Shown: one piece after another, positions 50,151 through 60,722 of the stretch
Layout: each line of letters opens with the position of its first letter
How positions within the stretch are numbered: position 1 is the first letter of the stretch
Assembly: GCA_028534125.1 (NCBI GenBank)
Contig: CM052817.1
Span: 108,502,001-108,566,000 of the forward strand
Source of the DNA: Lama glama
Taxonomy: Eukaryota
Direction of reading: 5' to 3'
DNA length: 64,000 nucleotides
Notes under the pieces: generated by a model
The model's input: the letters and a program-made list of their open reading frames with translations, nothing else
The model's database searches: none
Told to the model about the DNA's origin: nothing
Position numbers and translations under genes: made by a program

Positions 50151-51829
50151 TTAAGCAGTATATTCTAAGCGGTGTATTTGCTTTAATAAATTTTCCTGGA
50201 TTCTGTCATAACTCATTTTCAGTTGAGTGAAATACTTAAGCACACTTTTTATGAATCCATAAACAAAACATAAATATATACATATTGAGCAGAAATGATT
50301 GAGAGCACTAAACTAGATGACAGTTGTAACAGATGAGTTCCTTTACGCACGGCCCATTTAGATTAAATTTCCTCATCCCCCTTGTTTTATTATTATACCT
50401 ACATCATTTCTTATCTTCATTTGCACCTGTAAACCCCACACTCGGGGTGACACAGTAACTTTTCGGTTAGACTCCCTGGGTCCTTGTGATTGCGTTCATG
50501 TTTTCTGGATTTCCAGTCCTCACCAGGAAAGTATTTTAAAATCTAATCCTTTTCAGCCTGTAAATTGCCTAGATTTGTTCCAGTTCCGTCCATTTGTCTC
50601 TGTTTTTAGTGCTAATATTTGCAAGGAATTCCGAACACACTTCCCATCGTAAGCTGATTAAAACCCCTGTGTCGGCATCTATTTAAGAGAAGTCACAGCT
50701 GTTCTACAAGCTGAGCAGTTCAGAGGAAGGCGTAGAGGAAGGTGGCCTTTTCCCTCCCACGCTGGTTTCCTTCGCTCCACGCCTGGTACACAAAGACGCT
50801 CCGCTTGAGAACAGCTGTGCTGCTGACCTCGAGGATTTTCCCTCCACATTTCCTTTCGGTCTTTTGAGCCCCTCAGTGTTCAGTGTGTTCTTTTATCTGT
50901 TCCCCTTTATGTTTCCTTTGTCCGGTTTCTTCAATGAAACTTTCCAACGATGCCACAAAGCATCAATTCTGTCATCGTGTGACTATAGCAAGATATAATA
51001 TACAAAAAAGTGGCATTAAAATGGGGGGAAAGGTTGGAATACCTTGTGAGCATGGACGGGTGAGGAAGTCATTGAGTTCTTCGTTGGCAGTGTCTCTGTT
51101 CTAAAAGGATTCCTTAATCTTCGTGGTGTTTACGTATCTGCTGTGTAGGGATTGAGCGTGCTTTTGAAGCAGTAACCCCGTGTTTCTTTTTTTAAAGATA
51201 AATTTAGATGAGTAAGCCTGGTGGAAGGAACTTTGTAATGTCAATTTATTTATAGGTGAAGAGGATAAGAGCTATTTAAATACAGCAGGGGCACCATCTG
51301 GTTCAAGAAGATGATGGGGCAGAATTAGTTGCAGAGAAAAAAGACAGCATCCTGCAAAGGGAAAGTTCTTAGAAGCAGAAGAAAATAATATGTTGTGTTC
51401 ATCCTTTCCTGCAAGATTTAAGACAAAAGCAAGGCTTGAAGCTCACTTCAGCCTTGTGGCTTTATAACACTAAGAAGTTTGTTCAGAACACTCTGAACTT
51501 TTTCTCCTAATGAAATTCCTTTGGGTGAGATAAACAGATAGGAGTGGGGAGGAGAGGAAAAAGGAAATCCCATGAAGGTAGAATTAGACAAGCAAAGACT
51601 TGTTCGAGTGTAATAAATGTGTGGAAAGAAGAGAAGGGAAGAAGAGATTGGAGGAGACATGAACTGGGGATGTCAGTTCATCTTCCTTTAGCAGATCCTC
51701 CTGGTTTGGCCATGATGCTGGTCCTTTGGTCTCATTCTAGTGGATGGCAGAATTCCAGAGTCATGAAACAGGACAAATCCGATGATCATATAGTTACATG
51801 TAAGACATATCATTAGATCAATATGAATT

Positions 51830-51965
51830 GATTAACCCAACAAGTACATATTGTGCACCTCCTTGGTACAACGGATTATGCTAATTGCTGGAAATGCAGC
51901 AATGAGAGATACAGACAAGATGCTGGCTGTCAAGGAACTCACCTTCTGGAAGGGAGGGATGGGCA
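51830..51965 (-). mobile_element. L2 3' fragment
   Basis: CAACAAGTACATATTGTGCACC...TGCTGGAAATGCAGCAATGAG...CTGTCAAGGAACTCAC. Confidence 0.6.
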
Positions 51966-52069
51966 GTGGAGCAGATGTCTGTTATGTAAGACGGTATCAG
52001 ACCTGTAAGTACCATAGAGAAACTGAAAGTGATGTGATGAGGAACCCATGGGAAATAAAGTGGAAAAAC

Positions 52070-53060
52070 TGTCCTATTCATAATAGCTACAGAGTTATTA
52101 CCATTTAATTCACCTGAAAAAGGGATGTGCGGGGTCTTTGTGACAACAATGAAAATGTTATTGAAACAGTAGCTCGACAACTGTTAAAGGCTGTGAATGT
52201 GACTTCAGTGGGGTTGTGTCTCTTCTGTTGATGGGTGAGTGAGCTAAGATTTAGAAAATTTGAACATCTGACATTTTCGAGGAGGATAGCTGTGGTTACT
52301 GTGGTCACCGGGCATCTGTTTGTGTTCCACACCCTTAGATTCAGCTCTGGAAAGTTGTCACACATCTGATGTTGGCATTTCCTAGGTGACAAAGGCACAC
52401 TGATCAGAAGTTTTATACCATTCCTTTCATTTTCAGTAGCTGTCTTTGGAGTTGTTCTAACAGTCTTAAAAAGAAAATAAACACATGGAATGTAAATACA
52501 TGAAGAGAGGAATAGCACATTTGCTGGCAGTGGAATTTAATATTACAGTTATGTACAGTGTCGTCCATTAATTTTATAAATTAAACATAATTTGAATGAA
52601 ATTCTTGTAGAATTTCATGGAAATTGATTAGCTAATCTGAAAGCTGATATAGAACAGTATACGGCCGTGAGTGGCCAAGGCATCAAAGCTTATTATAAAG
52701 ACATAGTAGCTATATGATGTTTTTGTATAAGAACAGGCAAAACTGTACAATGGAAAAGAACAAAAGACCAGAAATTGATTGACATACATATAGCAGTTTG
52801 GTTTACGAGACAGAGAAGGGAGAAATGTTTAGAATATTGACCATCTATATGGGAAAGTAAATGAAATTAAACATGACTCGTCCCATAAACAAAAATATGT
52901 TTTTAGAAACATTCAGGGGTGAAATATAAAAGAATACCCTTTTGACTTATAAGACATGGTTTATTAAATAAGACACAAAAGACTCACACTTTGACTATTA
53001 AAATTAAACTATTGTGTGTGTATGACAAAAACCACACCAAAGTTAAAAAAAATCAAATAG
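52070..53060 (+). mobile_element. Ancient L1M ORF2 fragments
   Basis: A-rich degenerate ORF2 motifs (TATTATAAAGACATAGTA, ACAATGGAAAAGAACA...CCAGAAAT, TTGACTATTAAAATTAAAC). Confidence 0.65.
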
Positions 53061-53152
53061 CTTTCCTCTCAATTGTGTTCATTTAAAAATTCACTCTAAT
53101 AGAAGCAAACATGAATAAGCATATTTGGTGAAATGTGTTTACTTCCTGAGTT

Positions 53153-53629
53153 TGTTACCAGGTCCAAACTCATTTGAACTGGCCAGTAAATTGGGAGCCA
53201 AAGTGTTGGAGCCAGGAATAATGACTTTATTTGGAAAGCTGGCAGACCAAGAAGATGGGGGACTCATGTCCTGGAGAACCATCTTCGCCAAGTCAGAACC
53301 CAGGCTCCTTTTATACTAAAAAGGTAGGGGACGTGGTTGGTTGTTGCAGACTTCTTGGTATCAGAATCCTTTGTTCTAGCAACTGTCCACGTGGGTCAGG
53401 TCACAGTGTTCCTGTAAACCTCCAAGATGACATGTTAGTTTCTGTTATGCAACTTTCTATCTCTATATGAATGGGAAAGTGTTACACTCTTAAAGGTTGG
53501 AGCCTTGAGGATGGGCTGTCCTGTCTGTTTCAGGCTCCAGGCAACATTCTTTTACAAAAGGTGCAGAACCAGCGTGACTGAGCCCAGGACGTATTCAATA
53601 TGGAGTCAGATTTGTTCTTCCCTGTTACA
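53153..53629 (-). mobile_element. ERV1-class solo LTR (477 bp) with 4-bp TSD
   Basis: TG...CA termini (TGTTACC...TGTTACA); AGTT at 53149-53152 and 53630-53633; homologous to 59320-59843. Strand inferred from reverse AATAAA (TTTATT) near the left end. Confidence 0.9.
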
Positions 53630-56061
53630 AGTTTATTCCTTAAGGAAGTATGGGGTTACCAGTATTCATTTTAATATGGGAGACTTGTTTCACTTATAGA
53701 TGTGTCCAAGTAGTACACAAATATACTGTTGCTTGAAGATGGGTCACTGGGCTGGAGAACAGAGACTTCATTAAGGAAGAGGGAGGTTTCCACGTGAGCT
53801 GATGCATGATCTATATTGAAGACAGTTACAGAAACAACAGTAACCAGTACGCATTGACCATTGCCTGTGTGCTGGACCATGTTTTATTTAAAAGTCGTCT
53901 CAGTCGTATTACATTGGCCATGTAATGGCAGAAACAAAAGTGAAAGTCAAAAATAATGAAAATTTGAGGCTCACTGGCTGGCAAAATGGGGATTCCATTA
54001 GTAGAAACTAGAAAAACAACATAGAAAATGCACTGGACCTTACAAATGAGTTTGGAGTAGGATCCATTGATTTAAAGGGCTAGTGAGACCCCTGGGAATG
54101 TGATTTTGTGACTTGGAAGAGTTCTGAGCTATTACTATAGATGTAAAGAGCATATGCTTGTGGAAGAGACTGACTTCAATCCAAGAGGTATTTTAGGCTG
54201 CCCGGGATTTGGAAGAAGACTGAGAATAACATCTTAGAAAAGAACAAACTCCCAGTGTACAAGGAGACAGTTCTGTAGACACGAAGACATCTGAAGAAGC
54301 AAAGGGAGTAGGAGGGGTGCCAGATAACAAAAATAAACCAATCAAAAGATCAATCAGTTTCTGTCATATCTTCTTCCCATTGGTGATTGGTGGTTCATTG
54401 ATAGAAAACAGTTTAAAAAATCAGTCTCTGAAAATGTCTGAGAAAATAGTACAGGCTTCTAATTTCGGAGAGTTATTTTTACACATCCATTCTTTCCTTG
54501 GCTGTTTTAGTTCATTGTCAAGCATTGTTAAATTGATCCTTTAACAGATGCACCAACCCATCATTTATGTTTTCAGTGTTGGTGACAGATAATCCTTAAA
54601 TAACAATGTTTGCCCAGGAATCCTTTTCAGAACCGTCTATTTTTGCAGTACTAAAATTTTATTTGACTTTAAAATGACCTGTGAAAGATTTGGTTTCCAA
54701 CTCCACAATTTGTTTTACATTAGATAAAAATGTTTCATTTGAAGTTCCAAAATGCTTCTCTTTCTTTTTAGTGGCAGGTATGAGTGGTATTTGCATGACA
54801 TTCATAGTCTTTAATTCACTGCCTCTATTGTCACAAAATATTTATGCATTTAATTTCTTCCCATGATGTTATTTTTGTCAGTGAGTGAAATGCTTTAGAC
54901 TTTTTTGCTTGAATTTAACTTTCACATTTTTCTTTTACACTCACATAGATTCTTAGCAGTCCCATCAATTCTTTGGTATTTAAAGGTTTATGGTTTTAAT
55001 TTTAGCGACTCTGTTTAATATAGAGAAAGCATTAAAACTAGCTATAATCACATGCTTGTGAACCACAAGAGAGACCATCACTTAAAACATGAACCTCCTG
55101 AGGTTATGTTGAATATTTTTCAATTCTCTAAACCTTCTCTAGATGACTGGCTGGTTTTCTTGAGGTCACAGCAGAGTGTGGGAGAATTGGCAGATAAGTT
55201 CTTTTGGATTTATAGGCACACACACCTGGCCATGGCTGTGATGTTAAAACGGTGGCTTTCTACCACCTTCCACCACCTGGACCATCCCCAGCCCCCACCA
55301 TCTCTTGGGCAAGAAGAAGCCTTAAAGATTATGAATATGGAGACATTATATGCTTTTAAAAGTCACTTGGTTCAAGAGGTAGAAGGGTCCCCTAGTATTA
55401 TTGCTTGGAGCTTTGTAGTTCAAGTATGTAACACCTGAGTAGGTAGCAGTGACCTGGACCTCCCCCCCGACCCCTGCAGCAGCCTGGCTCCACAGCTGGT
55501 GCCCTGAACTCAGTAGGCAATCAACGAATATTTGTTGACTGTGACACTTAGTTACAGTTCTGAAGTCTAATTCTAGTTAGATATGTTCTATATGTGATTT
55601 ACTAAAAATTTCAGCTTCATGTGCATGCTAAAATATTTTGCTCTTGACTGAAATGTAAAATTTGGGGGTGAAGACATTTTTGTCATTATAATTGAATCCC
55701 CCTTTTAGGATTTTTATTCTACTGGACTTTTTATGGAGAAGGGATAATGTGAAAAATTAAGGAGATCACAGTTACTGAATTGTCTTCTCTGTCCTGTTTA
55801 CACTCTGCAATGATAAGTAGAAAATAATGGTGATTCCAGAGCATTATATGAGCCTGAAGCCAATGATAATTTAGAAGATACTCACTGTGCACTATTTTCC
55901 CATAAATTTTCTGTACCATGCTGACTAAAGAAAGAAACTACTGAATGTATATTGGTCAAGAGAAAACCGTTTCAGTTACAATTATTGAGTAAAAAAACAT
56001 AGTTATGTATATAATACATATATATATACATATATATCTAGATATATATGGCACTGTTATA

Positions 56062-56194
56062 TTTTTGTGTTTTTTCCTTTTTGGCGGGTGGTAATTAGGT
56101 TTATTTATTCATTTTTAATGGAGGTACTGGAGATTGAACCCAGAACCTCGTGCATGCTAAGCACACATTCTACCACTGAGCTCTAACCTCCCCC
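56062..56194 (-). mobile_element. Vic-1-like SINE
   Basis: GGTAATTAGGTTTATTTATT...GGAGGTACTGGAGATTGAACCCAGAACCTCGTGCATGCTAAGCA...CCACTGAGCT. Confidence 0.92.
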
Positions 56195-56309
56195 TGATTT
56201 TTTTTTCATCCCTAATTGCTAAATTGGTTACTCTTTTACACTGATGTTGTCTTACCAAACTGGTACTGAGTTTGTTCGGCTTTCTGACGGGCATGTTATT
56301 TTTGAGTAG

Positions 56310-56515
56310 AGCGTTCTTAACCTTGATTATTCATAGGTAAAAGGGTTCCTGGATACTTTCTTGGGGCCGGGTGAGTCCTGTGAAATTGTATGCCACTGTG
56401 TGAAAACTATGAGAGTCTGTACTGAGAGATATAATTTTCTGGCTTGAACGCTCCTGCCTTTCATCAGATTCTCAGAACTTTCTCAAGCGATTGGTTTACA
56501 AGGATTTTAAAAAAA
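56310..56515. mobile_element. hAT-Charlie-like MITE fragment
   Basis: GTTCTTAACC...TGAAATTGTATGC...CTTTCATCAGATTCTCA, similar in reverse to the piece at ~1375-1510. Confidence 0.45.
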
Positions 56516-57877
56516 GTAGCTCTTGTTATACTTGGTTCAGAAGTTTAACCTACTTGAGGAATTCTGAAGCCTGGTTTTATAATTGGAGCTATTATAAAGG
56601 AACAGAGAATTATAGGCATTTTGAGCAAATCATGTCAAGGTTTGTTTTGTCTCATGAGCTTCCTACGTTATTATATTCTTCTGCCCAGACCGTCCCACAG
56701 CGTGCTCTCCACCATAGTGGTGCTACTGGATCCTTCTACCATACCATAATACGCACAGTCAGGTCTGCACACTGCCTGTCATACCTTTCATCTGGCACAG
56801 AAAAATTAAGCTCTGGGCTAACTAAAACAAGTCTCGATCTTGGAATTGTGGTAAGAAAGGGAACCGTGAGAAGAAAATCTCAAAATTCTCCTTGTTTAAA
56901 ATGGATATATGTGTGATTCTCAAGTCTGACCAAGAGAATGGGGATTCTTTTTTTAAAACAAGTACTTGACTTTTGATTTCAGAAAGGGAAAAATAGCTTC
57001 TTCCCTGAATGTGATCAGCTCTTTGGATGAAATCTTGCAGTTGCCTGCAGTTTTATTTTAGGGATCTCAACGGGATGGTGAAGTCATTCCAAATATGAAT
57101 TTAGTACAACTCAGGCCCACGGAAACAGATTTGATGGCATCGCAAGAGGGTGCTGGCATCTTTGCTTATAATATAGTGAGGGACTTGGATCAATTCCTTT
57201 TAGGTGAGCTGTCCTCAGAAAGCAGCGGTGGGCGGAAGTTAACCCACATGCCATCCTCTTTACCCACTAAATGTTCTTTATAAATGTGTCTGCAGGTGAA
57301 ATGTGGGCTTTACTTCTGCGTCGTTCAGCCAGTCGACAAATGTTTGTTTATTAATTATCTGTCATGGGTGAGGTGCTTTGTTATACTTTGGGGGTTACAT
57401 TAGTCAAAAAACAATGAAAATAAAACAACTCCCTCAGCAAAGTCCAGGATCCTTTAAGAGTTTATTAATTAAATCACACAGATACGTTAAAAACTACGTA
57501 ACCCAGTAAATAAATGAATATGCATGTGAGACTATGTTCATTGTGAAAGATAAACAGTTTTTGCTTTTAGTATAGCTTCATTTTTCTGTACTTTTTAACC
57601 GTAATGATAATGCATCTTTTAAATGCTCTTATCTTCTCTAAATTAATGTGGAATTTGTCATTTGTGAAAGAGTACCAAATTCTGGAAGAATATTTACAGT
57701 TAGAAGTACAATTAATATCAACTCTCCTGTGCCAAGCAGTGGCATGAAGCCAGAATCCACCAAATGAATAATAATTGGTGAAAATGTCTCCCACTTCATT
57801 GGTAGGATTAGAAACACCCCACAAATAGCCCATTAGAAAGTGGTTAAGCAGAAAAAAATTACTAGGATTATTCTTTT

Positions 57878-58362
57878 GTATTTTTATTGAAGTATAGTCA
57901 GTTTACCATGTTGTGTCAATTTCTGGTGTACAGCACAGTGCTTCAGTCATACATGAACATGTATGTGTTTGTTTTCATATCATTTGATACTGTAAGTTAC
58001 TACAAGATATTGAACATAGTTCTCTGTGGTATACAGTATGAACTTGCTCATCTATTTTATATATAGTGGTTAGCATCTGCAAATCTTGAATTTATTCTCG
58101 AATCCCAATGTATCCCTTCCCAGCCCCTTCCCCCACCCCGCAAAAGGAGGCAAGAACATACAATGGAGTAAAGGCAATCTCTTCAGCAAGTGGTGCTGGG
58201 AAAACTAGACAGCAGCATGTAAATCAATGAAGTTAGAACACTCCCTCACATCGTACACACGAATAAGGTCAAAATGGCTTAAAGACTTAAACGTAAGACA
58301 AGACACTGTAAATGTCTTAGAAGAAAACATAGGCAGAACATTCTCTGACATAAATCTCACTG
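57878..58362 (-). mobile_element. LINE-1 with 5' inversion
   Basis: Minus 3'UTR at 57878-58140 and plus ORF2 at 58141-58362 ([36 protein letters not shown]); TSD TAGGATTATTCTTTT / TAGGATTGTTATTTT. Confidence 0.92.
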
Positions 58363-59319
58363 TAGGATTGTTATTTTTGCTGCTGTTGTTTGCACCTACC
58401 TTGAAGTAAAGCACTGTGAAAGTAATAGGTATTACCAAGTTTCATGAAAACAAAAGGAAAAGTTCTCCTCGGTGTGCTGAGTTGGGTAAGGAGGCTACCA
58501 GGGAAACAGACACTGAAGAATTCATCACTCAGATGTTTAGGTTGAAAGATTTCATGGAGTCATGTGATGTCGCAGGACAAAAATAGGATTTAAACTCAAA
58601 AGACCTGGATTGAAGGTTAACGTTGTCATTTGTCATTGGGGTCACCCGACATCCAGGTTTTCTGGGGACCATCATGGTTTGTCTTTGTCCTGACACAATT
58701 GAAAATACCACCCTCTTTCATTCTCAGATATGTGTTGGTTTGGACAGGAAGTCATCTTACTGTGACAGCCAACCCAATTTTTACAGTAATGAAGTTTGCA
58801 TAATACATTTGGTCTTGAAGGTGATTGTGAGAGCCGGGAAAAACCTGTGTAAGAAAATGTTTTGTAATCTGAAAATCACTGTAAGAACTATGAAGAGGTA
58901 TATAAATATTAGTGTATTTATTTGGGCAGGATGACTAAGGTGAATGTAGAAATGAGAGTAGGTTTATTTTAGTCACTCATCCTTGGACACAGTGGTGTTA
59001 CTCTTGTGTGGTAGTTTTATTTTCCCAAAGTATGGTATGTTGAAATCAAGACACAGACCATGATGACAAGGATTATTGAAACCTAGACTTGACTTGTGAT
59101 TAGGAAAAGGGATAGATTCCATCGCATTAAAGTTTCAATGGCTTTCCTAAACTAAGTGAGAAAAATGGAACCAATTAGTGTGGAATTTCATCAATGTTCC
59201 ATTGAATTTTGAATTTAAGTTCTTACAATTTACTTATTATCTTTAAGAAGTACTTACACATCCTTCTATGAGCTTTGGAAAATGATAATAATTTTATTCT
59301 TTTTATAAGTCATTGCTAG

Positions 59320-59843
59320 TGTTAGTGAGTCCAAACTCATCCTGCTTGCCACATGACAGGCCAGTAAATCGGGAGAATGAGATGTTTGTTGGGGCAAGGA
59401 ATAATGACTTTATTCAGAAAGCTGGTCGACCAAGAAGATGGGGGATGAATGTCCTGGAGAACCGTCTTCCCCAAGTCAGAATTCAGGCTACTTTTACACT
59501 AAAAGGGGAGGGGGTGTGGTTGGTTGTTGCAAACTTCTTGGTGTCAGAATCCTTTGTTCTTTCACCTGTCCCTGTAGATCAGGTCATAATGTCCCTATAA
59601 ACCTCCAATAAGACACATGTTATTCTCTGTTCTGCAACTTTTTATCTCTATATGAATGGAAAAGTGTTACACCCTTAAAGGTCAGAGCCTTGAGGATGGG
59701 CTCTCCTGTCTATGTCAGGCTCCAGGCAACATCCTTTTACAAAAGGTGCAGAACCAGCATGACGGAGCCCAGGAAACAGAGCCCAGGGTTAGAGCCAAAG
59801 GAACAGATCTAATATGGAGTCAGATTTGTTCTTTGTTGTTACA
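59320..59843 (-). mobile_element. ERV1-class solo LTR (524 bp), same family as 53153-53629
   Basis: TGTTAG...TGTTACA termini; shared blocks GGAATAATGACTTTATT, GACCAAGAAGATGGGGGA, AAAGTGTTACAC and AATATGGAGTCAGATTTGTTCTT; TSD degenerate (CTAG/GCAG). Confidence 0.88.
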
Positions 59844-60661
59844 GCAGTAATCACAAATGTTAGTATCCTTAGGAATTTGATCTTAAGTGAGCAATTTCTC
59901 AAAGGAAGCAAAAAAAAAAAAAAGGAAGCAGTTTCCATGGAGTGCTACTCCTGGACTCAGTTTTATTTCAGATGGTACCATTTAATCTCTATCAAATGGT
60001 TGCATCTTAGCTTTTTGCACTTCTTCCTGAAAACCTGCTAGAGGACCTGTGTTAATTTCAAACAAAAGCAAGCAAAAACAGTTTTTACCAATAGCAAACG
60101 AGTTTCCAGGAAGAAGATACTAATTCTGCCGAAATCTAAGAAGCCATTCACCAAACAGCATATGGACTGCAGGAAAAAACTCGGCAAGCAAGAGCCAGCT
60201 CACCATTTGGAACTTTTAAAAATATAATTCAGGAGCAAGATATTAGGGGATAATGATGACTATCTCACAGGGTTGTTAAAAATAGTAAATAGCTAGTGGA
60301 TAAGGAAACATCTGGTCAGTGACCTGCAATTTTGAGTGGCTCCTCTATAAATGCGAGTTGAGTAGATGAGCGAGATTTGGAAAGAATGAGGCATCAAGGG
60401 AACACAGCCTACAAATAATGCTCTTTCTTTTATTTTTTTTCTATGCCAGCCAAGACCCTCTCCCTTATAGATTCGTACAAATGACCACAGAGAAAAGTTC
60501 ATTTGACTGACTCAGACAGCAATTATTACAGGCTTTTTGTGTCTTTTCAATCATTCAAATGATTTTTACTTCCAAAATCTGCCATTGAAGATTCTGAACC
60601 ACCTAGATTGGGATTTGAGGTCACCAAAAGACTCAATTTTACTCTCTCTGTCTACTGGCAG

Positions 60662-60722
60662 GGAGGAACTATTCTCAAGCATCTGGACTGGCATAGAAAA
60701 GAGGAGAAAGAACATTTAAAAG
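60662..60722 (+). other. Candidate 61-nt internal exon of an unidentified gene (5'UTR or coding)
   Basis: Pyrimidine tract TTTTACTCTCTCTGTCTACTGGCAG, purine-rich body and donor AAG|GTAAGC in non-repeat DNA; the only open frame reads GGTILKHLDWHRKEEKEHLK. Confidence 0.5.

Noticed and set aside
53153..59843. Single ~6.7 kb provirus bounded by two LTRs
   Set aside because: The left LTR has its own TSD on both sides, the LTRs differ by indels, and the interior shows host-type repeats with no gag/pol/env or primer-binding site that I could see
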